A DNA stretch of 64,000 nucleotides from Tubulanus polymorphus (taxonomy: Eukaryota > Animalia > Nemertea), in the NCBI RefSeq assembly GCF_964204645.1, contig NC_134025.1:25462299-25526298 (forward strand), written 5' to 3'. The notes below the pieces were generated by a model that was not told the DNA's origin, did no database searches, and saw only the letters and a program-made list of their open reading frames with translations. Shown piece after piece: positions 23,554 through 47,192 of this stretch (positions are counted from its first letter, which is position 1; every line of letters starts with the position of its first letter). The translations under genes were made by a program, and so were the position numbers.

Positions 23554-25272
23554 ATGGCTTGTGCTACACTCTCGCTGAAACGAAATCATGATTTCGATCA
23601 TCTCCATAGTCCTTCAAGTAGATCCCCGAAGAGAAGAAGATGCATGCCGATGACTATTTCCCCACAAACACCACCAACAAAACTACATCAGACCACATCG
23701 GTGTTCAAAGATATATCTCCAAAGCTGTCTAGAGGTACATTTATTAAATTACCTCTTAACGCTAACAACATTTCAATGTTCATTGAGTCATAGGTCTTTC
23801 ACCAAGTGGATCAAATTTTTTTTAAACTAGAACAATCATTTGAAACTAGCTAAATGCGGAAAGGTGACCTCAACCGTGGTCTTACCAGTTCTCCCTCTTA
23901 TAAACTAGTTAGGTTCTTTATAAAACTGTGTCAGTTCAATTACAAGTCATTTGCTTTTAAGTGTAATATAAATCAAGTCGAGGAAGCCTGTTCTTTATTT
24001 TTGCATAATGGATGATAAATACTACATGTATATTTTTGCTTTAACTCACAGAACATATTGCTAAAAATCTTGCTGCTGAAATAAAACGAATGCACAGAAG
24101 GAAACAGTTGACATTTCCATCGGATTCGGCTATTTCACCATCAACTTCTGGTGGAACACTTCCCCAGTTGCACATGGACGGAAATGACAGTGACGACAAC
24201 AATTCAGACTCTAGCTGCTCGAGCAGCAAGTCGCAAACAAATTTCTTCAACGCGCTCTCACCGAGTAAAAAGGAAGTTCCGTTGTTCACGTTCCGACAAG
24301 TCAGTATGTTCTGCGAACGAATGCTTAAAGATCAAGAGGAAAAAATACGCGAAAATTACGACAAAGTTCTTGGATGTAAATTATCGGGTGAGTGCAGGAG
24401 AGTGACCGCATGTGAATATCATCCCTATTACCAAATTTCATCCTCATATCCCTGTGATAGAACAATGTTTGGATCTTATTTCATTGATACCGACAATCTT
24501 GTACCACAAGTGTTGCTGGTTAACAATTGAGCCTCGAGTTAGATAAACTGAAAACAGTCAGATGTTGTCGATTGATTCATCTTGTAAAAATGTCGTAAAT
24601 TTTTTATTTCAGAACAATACGAAGCATTCTTAAGATTCAATCATGATCAGATCCAAAGGAGATTCAACGAGACTCCGGCCAGTTGTAAGTATTTATCCAT
24701 CCATAGCATTTCATAATGATGCAATTCATGAGAAATTTGGATTAGAAGTTTTATTGTGTAGATATGCAATGACAAGCTGACAAACGATATCTGGAAAACT
24801 TTGATCAAAGCCCTGTCTACACAAACTATTACACTCTACACAGAATCTAGTGTTGAGACTATTAAAATCCTGAGAATGTGGTAGGGTTTAATAGTCTCGG
24901 GACTGTCACATGGCCATACCTAGCATTTGAATTTTGGAGGGGCGGAGAAATCAGAAAGGCAGTTCTTCTGGATATGAAAATAGTATTTGAAAAAAAGGGT
25001 ACTTTTCCAAAAGTTTCTGAGGGGGCAACTGCCCGTGTTATGAATGGCCCAGTATTACTGTGAAGATCACCTCTTGCTTACTGATGTTTATTAAATGAAA
25101 TACTAAATTAGCCCACGTAGGTAGTTGTCAGGTAGACACTAGAGTACCAGAGAATCCAAGCAGTCTCGGGATCAAAGATAGCAGTTCTTGTGTAGACATA
25201 ATGCTACATACTGATTGGATTTGATATTCATATTAATCTGTGATTTTTTTTCTCATTTCAGATGTATCTTAG
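23554..25272 (+). CDS. AKIRIN: Akirin
   Basis: Exons 23554-23734, 24051-24387, 24612-24684 and 25262-25272. [10 protein letters not shown]...[17 protein letters not shown]...CERMLK, EQYEAFL.FN.DQI, C-terminal SYVS*. Putative 5' UTR exon ends near 22852. Confidence 0.95.
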
Positions 25273-27982
25273 GCTTGAAAACACGAAAATGGGAAAGAAT
25301 GAATGAGAGTGAATTATTATATTGTATTGAGCGTTACATTATAAAAGCAAAAGCATGAGATGATTGACATTAATTTAATTTAAACTAACAGTTTCAGGAG
25401 CTAATCCTTGGAACCTTACTTTGTACAGAATTCTTTTAACAGATCACAACTCAATGATCGCACAAAGCGATCACCTTCATGCAAAATGTTAATAGTATAT
25501 GTAAAATGAGCAGTAAATGATGTGTGTATTAACTTGTGTCTTAAAAATTAATAAATAAATTGGAAATATGTCCTTTTAAAGATGACTTGCGGTATATATT
25601 ATTATTAAGTCCGGGCTTCTGCTAAAATGAGGTAAAAATGAATGCTTGGTGTTGCAGCTCCGACCAGATGAAGTAAACGACACCTTCCACCTGCTTCGAT
25701 GTCGTACTGAAATCCGACGAACGTCATTTTTTCCTGTACCAGCACCCTCCCTCGTTCCGGGCGCAGCTTGCTGCAGTAACGTAAACCCTCTTATACCATT
25801 ATACTTAACGGTTACCGGCAGTTTACTATAACATTCTAGAACTAGTTTAATGTTGCCGAAGATGCTAGCCTAATGGACTAACCTTTAACTGACAGTACCA
25901 CGCGCGCAACGGCCATTGCACGAAGAAAGAAAAGCTCAACTGGGATTCGAACCTAAGTCAAACGCTGACCACGCGTTTATCGGATCATCCGATTGGTTGA
26001 TATTTTCGCGGTCAATCGTTACGTCAAAGCACCGCTTCGCGCATCCGCAAGCACGCGGGAAATCATTTTTGCATTCAGCGGTCGTCATAAAACGAGGATT
26101 TTCCGTAAAATATTTCAAATAATTAAGTGAAGCCAGGAAAAAATGCATGGTATGGTAGATAATCGATATGCGCAAATTTACCCACTAGGCGGTAGCGCAT
26201 TCAATTGAATTAAAAGTGGGTCGATGGAATTTTCAATAACGCATACGCAGCCTATGTTTACGCTGCGCGACGTTTAAAATATCATAAATTAATTCCGGTA
26301 TTACTGCTTATTGCACAGTATGTACCGGGTACTATATGCGACATTTATAGACGAAGCATAAGCTGTCGTTTTATATAAAATGTCTGTCATAAATGTGAAT
26401 GATAATCTTATTGAAGAAAACTGGATGTATAGAATATTTGTTTCGTGAATTTTTGACGCTCCATCGAAGGAGTGAAATGGTGAGTTGATTATGTATCGAT
26501 TGCTATAAGAGATCGTGGAATTTATTTCTTGCAAATAGTGTTTTTTTGTTACATTTTAGCGTGCAAATAATAAACTAGAGTTTTGTTTTCCGATAGGAAA
26601 GCCGTGCGCATTTGTTTCTTTAGAGGGTAGATTTCTATTTGAAACCCACGGGGTTGGTCCGATTTGGTTTTTGAGTTTTTGAAGAGACGGCACTTGCTTG
26701 CCTCATAGAGGTTGATTTGATATGTAAATTGTCGTATTGATGTTAGATTGGAGAGGTCGGTGCATGGGTGGGTGCTCTTAAATTCCACAAACATCACACC
26801 TCTCACACCACACCCAGCGCTGCCATAGTAACAGTGCTGCGTTAAAGGGTACTGTCAGTCGATATTTCAGACTCTTCTATCGTCGGTTTATTCTGTAATT
26901 GTTTTGTAACTGCATCAGCTGCGAATACACGCAAAATAATCAATCAGGCAAACATGAAGTGGATTCCAGTCTAATTAAACCGAGCTAATAATGACTACTG
27001 ATAATGCTGATGAGTGATCGAAAAAGGTAGGTTCATTTACCACATAACCAATACTGCCTTTATCTAGAATTCTTACATTATTTACATTATTCGTATATAT
27101 TATGGGCGATGGATTATAGGGTTGTAATACGAGAGAAAGCGGTTTCCAGATGGGAAAATAGTTCTCCGATCAACCATTATCTATAATCGATGAGAGAAAT
27201 ATACTGATCAACTTGGCATGATTCTGGATACGGAATCGAATGATTGATCGGGGAATGCAGATGCCAATGTCCAGTGTGGTGGACAGATTTGCGGGCGGTC
27301 ACTAATCGTCAATGTTCGGGTCGATATGCGATGCTCTATATTGCCGATATTGCGAATGAAATATTTATGGTGTATACCGTATATTCGCTCATAGACACAC
27401 ATGTTACCAAATGCAGATTTTCTAAATACATCCCGCGTTAATATATATGTGCGAATACTCAGTAAACCACCGATGGGATCGAAATCACAGTGTCTACATT
27501 ATAAACCACTTGATGATTCTAATTTGCAGCCCAGACGTGGTTCAATGATAGTCGGAATGGTTCGTAATTTAGTGAATCATCAATTTAAATGACGTCACTC
27601 TAGTTGAAGTAGGGTTGATTTTGATGTATTTTTGATCAACCCAGTGATTTGATAGATATGAGGTTGACAATGTCGACGTGATGTGTCAACATCGACATAT
27701 TCTCGTGTACGTACGAAGACCCCCGAGGTCGATACGACCAAAGGCACCGCCAACGCGGACCTGGCGTTTGATTTGAATGATCCTTCTCTAACCGTGTGGT
27801 TCACGCCCCTGGCCCCTGTACCAATCATACTCTCGACGAGATAGAAATACAGTATATCACAAGAATTCCGTTTTTGATTCATTTGACAATACAAACATAC
27901 AATTTTCCGCAATTTTCAGATGACGATCATGGGGTAAATCAATTGTGACGTACTTATTTGCCAGTGAAAATTACGAACAACT

Positions 27983-37924
<9,942 letters not shown>

Positions 37925-39754
37925 TTTACGTGAAATAAACGAAAAGGTATCTCTATAAGATATTCTGCAGGGCTAGCTATGGTGCTTTCGTAATTATTTC
38001 GTTGATTTTTGTTGTTTATTAGAAATAAACTGTATTCGAACATTGAACAACTTTTTTCGGCGTTTTTGTACTGGTTTTTGCATCGATTCTTGTTCGTTCG
38101 TATATAATCTATCAGGCTGCTTACCTTTAAGTTTATTCTTTTCTCAATTTTTAATGTTTATGTTGTAGAAATGGCAAAGCGTTTAATTATCAATGTTGTA
38201 TAAATGTACTGTGTATTCTTGTAACTGTAGCCACCATACATCTCTAGTTGAAAAGCAAAAATAATCGAGATTTGATCACTTTGAATAACGATAGATATTT
38301 GCTTTCATTTTTAGATCATCGCTGATAACAGTGCCTTTAAACGACCAAGTGAAAAGTGAGTAAGGTTCTAAACGCATTTTCATCGCGCATTTGATACGAT
38401 ATATCCGTGACTTTCGCACTTTTGTTTTCGAACAGAAATTCGAAGACTGCCGCCAGTCCAATTGAAAACGGGTATTATGACCGCATCGCATTAACACCCA
38501 ATGCCATGCCTCGTATTTGGAATTACAATTACCTGCCAGACTCAGCCGGGTAAGTTTTCTGCTTACACGCTTTTGACTTTACCTTAATAAGCCTTTTTAC
38601 AGTTTCCAGGCGCCATTTTTTTGGGTACCCGCCGGGTCCGCATTGTTGAATTTTTTGTCCCTATTTTTTCCCCGTTTAATATTTTTATTTCGTTCATATC
38701 TCTGGATTGGATAAAGATAGAAACAAAGTGAAAATATTGATTGACTCAGCTGATAATTAGTTTTTTTACTATGTTACTCAATCATAAAGTTAATGCAACA
38801 ATGCGCGCTGGTGAGGTTATAAGCATTGATATCGTTTTCCCGATAATTCAACTTGAATTATTGCTCAGCTCATTCAAAAGTTCGTAATTCTTACAAATTT
38901 TAATCTACATTTTTGAAATTTTCAGGATCAATAGCCATCTATATGTGGTCTTATATACTTTTTACCGTTTTCAATTATCTTTATTAATTTTTAAGTAATT
39001 GCGAGTCAAACTTCCAAAACACGTTTTCCCGGGTCCCCTGGGTGCATCTTTATATCAGGAAATTTCACAATTTCACCGTTTCCTACTTTGTTGAAAATCA
39101 ATTTATTAAGTAACCATGGAAATAAGGGCACCTAGGTTTTTGAAAAATGGTTATTAAAGATATATATTCTCTAGGATTTGTCAAAATAAACAAAATAACC
39201 CAGGTGTTGCTTTAACCAGCTACCTAGGTTCACAACAGATCATTTTGTCCAACGTGTTTCATTCGATTCCAAAACTGCACGTACGGGTATACGATTGCAA
39301 GTGTGAAAGTCAGACATTATGTGGCACATGTATGAGAACCACAGTCTCAATGCTGCGTCGCATTGACGTCGCAAATTTGCATGGCTACTTACGTGAAGTG
39401 GGCTAATACAGACCTTGTATGATGAAAACTGACTTAGAATTCGTGCCAAATCTCAAAACAACTATCAAACACACGAGATCAATTTTGACAGAAAGTAAAC
39501 GAATGTTATGTTCCTCAATATATACTAATATATTCCAAAGTTCCAATCTTTCCAACACAATCGACTAAGCCTAATATATTCAAATTCAATTTGAAACACC
39601 TTCCAGCTCGTGTCACGATCAGTAATAAAGATCGAACATCGAACGTTCTCAAAAAAGCAAACCCGATCCAACGGTTTGCAAACGTCAAGTTTGACACAAC
39701 CGTGGCTGCTTCCATTTTCTCGTACAGTTGCATCATTGTGTTGCTCTATTACAG

Positions 39755-42700
39755 GGAGAGTGACGGGGAAGGACGTGTCCTTCATAACTATCAGGAGGTA
39801 TCGGATTTATACAGAACGATAATTGCCCAAACAGCAGCCTCAAAATTCATTGCAAAGTAAGAGTTATTTTTTATCAAAGGGTTTTTGTTATTTTTATGCT
39901 GCACAGATATCCCCGCCATAGCATAGCCAACGCCTTCGTACTGCTGAAGTATTTTACGAGTAAACATTGATCTGGATTGATTAGTAACGATGAGTAATTT
40001 GGAAAAATGATCACCGACCATCAAAAGGGCTCATTATCGGGTGATCGAAATGTCTGCAGTAGTGCATGTGTGTGAATGGCCTTTTTGTGTTTCGTTTTTT
40101 TAGTCAGCCGGTTTACCAACAACGTAAAATGACGAAAAGTGGAAGCGATCAAAGCTTACCCTGGGACGCGCCTCTTCGATCAGCGCAGAAGAATGCATCT
40201 GGTCTCCCTAAAAGGTGAATATGACATTAAGCTAGGCATCTAAATGAAACCAGTCATTGAAAGACGAATATCTATTGATGTAAATCGAATTTCTCTTTAA
40301 TAGACCTGCCTGACAGAAGGAGGCTCTCTGTCACTAATTTTCCATAGGTACGACAAAAGCTAGTGTTTTATCATTTTGCAATTTCAGTTTGTAGAAATTT
40401 TCCCAATCGTTTCCTCGGTATCCTGTTTTTTTTTACCTTCTGCATTCGTTTTTAGTTCTAGTCCAATTTCCATGTATCGCATTCCGCATCATATATCTGA
40501 TAAAGCAATGTGGATGAACATATGTTTGTATATTTTCAGGGTTTCGTCACGCGCTTTTCCGCCTGGTGCTGTCACACAAATTGAACTTCTTGACCAAGAA
40601 GCTAAACTTTAGCATTTATATTCATGAATACTATAATATTTGTTATTCTAACATTAGATCTCTATGTGTTATTCAAATATGAAAATTAAAAATTGTCGTT
40701 ATACAATGGTGGGGTTATTGTATATATTTTATGTGGCTTGTGGGAGTTTCGACTTTGTTCGCATTAAAGCGGAATATTCGATTTTCTGTCATCGAGAACT
40801 AAATCTTTAATGGAGAGCACAGCATTAACGAGATCGCAAGAGTCTGCTCTACAAGTGTTTTCAGAGAGTACGATAATTATTTCTGTGCACCCTACCTCTC
40901 CAATATGCTGCAATACGATAATTAGAGGCAGTTTCACTGTCCAGACCTATCTGATCTGTCATGGAAGAAATCTCTTTTTTCATTATTCTTTAAACCTGCA
41001 GCAACAATTCAATATGAAATAACTATTCATAGCGCGGAAAGAGAAATTCTGGGAATATTTACAGGGTTCATTGAACATATAGGATTTTTTTTTCGTACGG
41101 CGATCAATACTATCAACATCGTCATCTAAAGGGCGTGGTTGGTTTGCACGGTTGCAGGCGGTGTATTCATTTGTCGATATCAGTTTCCGAGCGCGCTCCG
41201 TAGAGAGAGAGAGAGAGAGAGCGACTAAAGAGTATTCCATACTGGGTACGTATGTACTAATGTCAACTCGTTGTCTTATCGCATGTTAATCGCATGATCA
41301 TTCTGTTTCTAAAACCGAAAACGTTGCTTTTTTCATAATTCATATACATACTTGTTGTAATCGGCTGTTTAAGATTTATTGTGATGTTTAGATACATCTT
41401 TCATACACTACAACATTTCCACATAGCTTACATTTATACGTATAACAGAAAGCAATTCAAAGACATTTTTATCATAACCGGAAACAATTATGGAATTCAT
41501 TTCGAGAAGAATTTTCGAGATTGCACTCACTTTTATTTGATAAACGATTTCGAATAATGTGATAAGATAGGTATTTTTTCTGGTTTTCTTACTTTTTAAG
41601 TTTACCATCAAAACGCATTCGCAAAGCGTTGGAAAAGATATAAACACTATTCTTTATGAATGTCTGCTCCTATTCTTATCATTGTGAATAAAACTCGAGC
41701 TCTCAGATTTCTAAAAATCAATCAAATTTCACGTTGTCCTATATTGCGATCATATTCGTTCAGTTCATGAGAGAGGTTATTTAGTGAACCATTGGGATAA
41801 ACATACGTAGACCGGATCAATGGGAATAGCTATTACGCGCGATGAGAGACGCAAATGATTATTTTCAGTCATCAATATTCTAGAAGAACACACAAATAGA
41901 AACATCGATTTACATTAGAGACATTTTTGCATGATTATCAACTATCGTTCACTATCCAAAAACTATTTATTATACATTGACATTACGACATTTTTCTCAA
42001 TAGAAAAAAAAAAACTACACGCAAACATTCCATGGAAAATATTTGATACTTCATTGCCGGTTTGAGTTCAGGAATAATTTCTGATATAATTTCTGGTATT
42101 TCTCATACGGAGCATTGTGGAAATTGCGATAAACCAAATATAAAATACCTGTCAGTTACCATAGTTACCGGTTTTAAGCTTTATCCTCAATATTTACACA
42201 CCTTATGGGTATTTCTAGCGTTGATCAATTGCCTTTATTTAATTAATCGTAAGGTACCCAGCTACCGTACTGCTAAGAAATAAGCTTCTTAAGAACGTAG
42301 AACGTTGCAATGAAATTTTCCGATTACCAAAAAATTGTTGTTTCGATTTGCAGACGTAATTTGAAATATTGAGTGTCGTGGATCTGAATGTAAATGGTTT
42401 AACTGGAAAGAAGTACATTTACTGTTAACGGGGATTCGATGGTTTCGAGATATTAACATCGTTTCAAGATATGGAAGATAACACGAACAGTGGAGGTGAT
42501 GGCCCACCCACTAGTAGTGTACAAAATGTTTACTCTATAGACGAAGAATCTTCTTACGTGACTGACGATGTTTCGTTGGATGTCTCACCGGAAGAGCTGG
42601 CGGCGCAACTGGAAAACGACGACCAGGAAAAACGCTATAGAGACTGGCGAAAAATAGGAAAATCAATCTTCAAACAACAGCACGCACTAATGGCAATGGC

Positions 42701-43181
42701 CGCATTCTTGAACGAAGATTACCTGTCAGATGAGGTCCAGCAACAAGTAACCAAACAATTAGGGCCTCAGGTTACACCTGGCGAACCAGCGTAAGTAAAG
42801 GTTTATAGGAATAGATGCCATATGAATTATTGTATTTGTCAGTGAGAGTGGAAAATCTTGAATGCAATATATTACAATAATTACAATATGCATTTTACTA
42901 AGAGAGGCCCTTGATAATAAACCGTGTTCATCCAAATTGTACCGATTATTGCCTTCCGAGCTCGTTTAGTATATACCTATGCATTCACAATTTGTTTAAG
43001 ATACGATGATGATGACGATGATGGTGATGGAGAAAGCAAAGGAAAGCTGGATTACCGAAGCCATTTGAGAAAAACTAACTTTGATCCCGAGGCGGCGAAA
43101 TCGCCGACAAATGAAATCAGCCAAATCGATTTTCGTAGCATTTTGAAACCGTCTCCTTCACGGGAACTTCTGAATTTGTGA
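39755..43181 (+). CDS. MYO3: Alternative downstream tail exons of myosin III, ending in DFRxxL-type actin-binding motifs
   Basis: Phase-2 exons 39755-39856 and 40104-40214 and terminal exon 43001-43181 (LDYRSHLRKT, IDFRSILKP) join in frame from a phase-2 donor at 35971 (CG|GTTAGA). An alternative terminal exon lies at 40540-40612. Confidence 0.65.
42471..42790 (+). CDS. Candidate alternative first coding exon joining the last myosin III exon (166-aa tail-only product)
   Basis: ATG at 42471 with an in-frame stop at 42426. Strong phase-2 donor GC|GTAAGT is compatible with the acceptor at 43001. Confidence 0.55.
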
Positions 43182-43443
43182 ATTGAATGGTGTTTTGTAG
43201 TTAGACATTTTACCGTCCTTTATAAAACAGTTTTGACCATAAATAATTAATGAGATTCAATCTAGATAGATACATTACGTGCAATATAGGAAGTTTTTTT
43301 CCTGAATTATAGTTGGCTTAGTAACTATATGTTTGTCTAGCAGGATTGTAAAATCGTTCATTCTATAATAAATTGTGAAACATGAAGTCAATTTTAAACT
43401 GTGTTTCGTGTTCATTCAGTTCCCAATGCGGAATTAAAACGCA

Positions 43444-43545
43444 AGATGTTTAAAGCTCCCCGAGGCCCGGCCCGCCGTGCCGGGATGCGCGGCCTCTCCG
43501 GTCGCCGTCGGGCCTCGCTATCGAACAGGTCTTGTTTAAATCTAC
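43444..43545. repeat. GC-rich hairpin/MITE-like island between MYO3 and RABL2
   Basis: CGAGGCCCG ... CGGGCCTCG inverted repeat in an AT-rich context. Confidence 0.45.
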
Positions 43546-43793
43546 TCTGAGAACTTTCACTCTTTGGATGAGATCTGAGGAATAACAAAATATCCATAAC
43601 CCCATATGAAACAAGATTGACCGGATTCTCAGTTTTTTTTGCCGCATCCCGGTGCCCGGCTCGTACAACGATAAAATGATCCGGTATTTAGCGTTAACTT
43701 TCTAACAGGCCTTTGCTGGCTATGAATGAACCTTTACATCAAATTGTTTTGACAAGCCGATACTCGGTATTAACATTCATTTTCTAGTAAATT

Positions 43794-45878
43794 ATGGAGA
43801 CTGATCCAGCTACTCCTAACTATGAAAAAGCCGGGGATAAGGGTGAAAACAGGGTGAAAGTGATATGTTTAGGTGATAGTGCAGTTGGAAAGTCGAAGTA
43901 AGTGTCATAACGATGAAATTTAGACAAACAAATTAAAATTCAAATCAAATTTATTCTTCACATTTTTCGAGCTTTTCATATTGATATTCTGTTTTCTTGT
44001 TATTACCTTTAGGCTGGTCGAGAGATTTCTAATGGATGGATAGTATCCTTTTACCTTTAATTTACGGGGAAAAATCTCTGATGAGTGGTTTTTTCTGCTT
44101 TTCTTTTGACCGGATCGGATCCACTACTATACGCGCCAACGCGTTTCTGATGGTTGCCAAGACGTCAAGAATGTCACTTCATTATCGAATTGCACGTGAT
44201 TTGCTTGTTAAATTCTACAGTGTAGTCTTTTTGAACCCATAATCCTTGGAGCAAACCATTGGTTTTGAGCTAGAATATTGCTGAAGAAAAGGCCTAGGCT
44301 ACTATAAATGTATTAATATTCAACTATTAATATTCGTGGCTACTCGTACGGACTCGTACGAATAATTCCGTAGGCTATTCGTACGCACCCGTCGGATAAC
44401 TCTGGAATTATTCGTACGGGAAGGGATAGGGTTAGGGTAAGGTGAGGCTATATGTAGTTAAAACATTCGACCGACTGTCAGCGAGCTCGGTGGTCTAGTG
44501 GTATGATGCTGCGCTAGTAGTTTACTGGCCCGGGTTCGAGTCTCGCTCTATCCGCTATTTTTCTCTAACTCTATTCTCCACACTTTCCTTGAATTTTCTA
44601 AGTCGTGCACCTCTGTACGCATGCGCGGCGTTAATCGGCCAATCAGCGACAGTTATTAGCGTACAGATCCTAGTCCCGTACGAATAGCCTCCAGAGTAAT
44701 TCCTACGGGTCCGTACGAATAGCCACAGCGATTAATAATAATATTGCACGGTATGATGCATTCTTTAAGAGTTCCTTAACTATACGTCAGTAAACCTCAG
44801 CAGCTGTCCACATTTGCCCTCACATTATTTCGCTATAATACTAAAGTCAACGATGAAGAAATAAGTGTTGGTAAGTATTAATATTTTCATACTGGCCTTC
44901 TATATTTTTGCTTTTATGTAATTTAAAAAGAACATCTAAATAATATATTTAGTGGATTAACTCTCTGTGAAGTTGAGGCAGAGGTTGCAGCCTGGAACGG
45001 CAGCCTCAATCAAATTTACCAAGAATCCATTTCAGATTTTTTGCCGATCTCATTTATTCTATTTTGTTTTCAGATTTCTGGGATACTGCTGGTCAGGAGA
45101 GATTTTACAACATGCACCCATCTTATTACCATCAAGCCCACGCCTGTATACTTGTGTTCGATGTTACTAGGAAAGTCACGTATAAAAATCTTCCCAAATG
45201 GTTTCAGGAACTAAGAGAATATAGACCTGATATTCCCTGCCTGTGCGCTGCCAATAAAATCGACGGTAACCTTATGAGCCTTTCTACGCGGATTACTCAG
45301 ATGAAAAGTAGAAATCTTGCTGTGAGCCAATTTTATTTTCTTATACATCAAATGTTTTTCTTTCAGTTGACTATGATATAACGAACAAAACTTTTAATTT
45401 TGTAAAGAAACATGAGATGCCATTTTGTTTCGTATCTGCATCAGATGGTACCAATGTTGTCCGCGTAAGTAATTCAATATTGCCATGCTGGATATATGAA
45501 AATAAATTTTGTACTTATGATAAGACTTTTGTGCTCATATTCGACCAATTTAGTTTCTCTGATGAACCTGAACATTGCCAAGAAAAATCATTGAAAATTC
45601 TATGCGCATTTTTTGTTTGTAGTTATTTAGAAATGCTATCAAATTGGCTGTGTCTTACAAAAATAATTCAACAGATTTCATCGATCAAGTAATGAAAGAA
45701 TTAGAAGTGAGTGATAGCCTTTCAAAGTCCAGTATGTTGTTATTGGGTCAAAATGTTACTCAATTGATGGCATTTACTTTTTTTGTTCATTTAGAATTTT
45801 GACTTAGAAGTCGAGGAAGATAAAGAAGAAAGTGAATCAGCTGCTGAAAATTTACAAAAGGGGTTGACGAACAGTTGA
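43794..45878 (+). CDS. RABL2: Rab-like protein 2
   Basis: Exons approx. 43794-43897, 44013-44042, 44791-44870, 45074-45265, 45367-45465, 45622-45707, 45795-45878. Motifs VKVICLGDSAVGKSKLVERFLMDGY.PQQLST, DFWDTAGQERF.NMHPSYY, ANKID, FVSASDGTNVV. Confidence 0.95.
44043..44790 (+). other. U12-type (minor spliceosome) GT-AG intron in RABL2
   Basis: 5' splice site GTATCCTTT; branch site TTCCTTAAC at 44772-44780, 10 nt before the intron end; no polypyrimidine tract. Confidence 0.92.
44336..44726. mobile_element. Non-autonomous TIR element carrying a tRNA-Pro-like segment and a telomere-like GGGTTAGGGT tract
   Basis: ~50-bp imperfect TIRs GTGGCTA(C/T)TCGTACGGAC...GGCTATTCGTACG. Internal GCTCGGTGGTCTAGTGGTATGAT...CCCGGGTTCGAGTCTCG has A and B boxes but no complete cloverleaf. 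Confidence 0.75.
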
Positions 45879-47192
45879 AATTAGTCGAGAAATTAGGCTC
45901 AATATTAGATACCTTCCATTTTATGAGCACCACATGTTTAGTGAAGTGCGAGTGACATTCCATCCATATTCGACAACGTTTATCACTAATCACTACGAAT
46001 TCGTAGACACCATATATAGAGGTATAGATGTCTTTAATCGGAGCCTGTCTTTGAATTGATGGATAGACCTGAAACCAGTGTAGTGTACTCTTCAAGATTT
46101 GCCGCCGAACTGGGAAACATTGTTTCCTAATATCGTATGTGCTATTAAAAGAAATTTACCTATAGTTAATTTACAATAATCCGGAATGTTAATCGTTGTT
46201 GAATGTATGTGGTTATTAAGTTATTGACTATTTGAGGAATGTATGACATCTAATATCACACATTTCTGTAACTTAGATGTTGGTAATTGATATTATTCCT
46301 ACATAACGAATGGACAGACGACCAAATAGATTTTGTATTGATTTGTGATGAAATATGGAAATTATCATCCATTATTGATCAGCTAGCATACATAAGCTTT
46401 AATTTGTACAGTGACCTGGTAGTTGTAAATGTATAATACATGTATGATTAGATACTTTCTGTGCGGCTTCTTCCTTGTATTGTGTACTGTATTGCGTGTT
46501 AGAGAAGAATACAGATGGAATTATTAGGGGATTGTCTATTTATTATCATACACTGAGGAGATGTTATCAGTGGGGTCTTAAAAGAGATCAAATATGTTAT
46601 CGATTGTACACAAAGGTTTGTCCGAAATCAAACAGGAGAAAAAGACTTGCATATGATGAAAATGAATGAAGCTTCATATTGTGACAAAATCAAGTGTTGT
46701 TTGAAATTAGAATGGTGTGTTCTAATTCTCAGGCAGGTTTTTTGTAGATAACATTGAATTATTAGTTAGTTAATGATTATAGTTTATTTATATTAAGTCT
46801 TCATCCCTTGGTCAGAACTTGCAGCAGCACGTATTTTTTCAACTATTAACTGGTCCACTTGTCTTATGCTAAAAAGTCTATATGTTTATTTTTGTAATTG
46901 TGTAACCCTTGTCAAAATATGTGTACTTAAAAGTGATGATGAATAAATGGTAAATAGTATATGAATCAATGCTTTATTTTTTATTTGAAAAAAAATGGAA
47001 CGCTTAGGATTCGAGCCACACACACACAAACCTATCTGTGTGCTGTTACGGGTTTTGACGGATTGGTTCTAGTGCATGCATGTTATGTGTAGGATCGTAT
47101 ACTGCTACTACTGTTGACTGATTGTACGTGGCAGCAAAAAATCGTAGTATTTAAAGTTTTATCGTATTGTTCAGTTATTTTTGCACCAAACG

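Noticed and set aside
2378-25272. Functional clustering of PSMC6 with akirin (whose SYVS C-terminus binds proteasomes)
   Set aside because: They are 20 kb apart with unrelated genes in between; nothing in the sequence indicates co-regulation.
25930-26000. tRNA, tRNA-Sec or vault RNA on the minus strand
   Set aside because: Only a B box and a CGGATGATCC coincidence; no cloverleaf or closing stem.
44484-44555. Functional tRNA-Pro gene
   Set aside because: A and B boxes are present, but the anticodon and acceptor stems do not pair and it is embedded in a TIR element.
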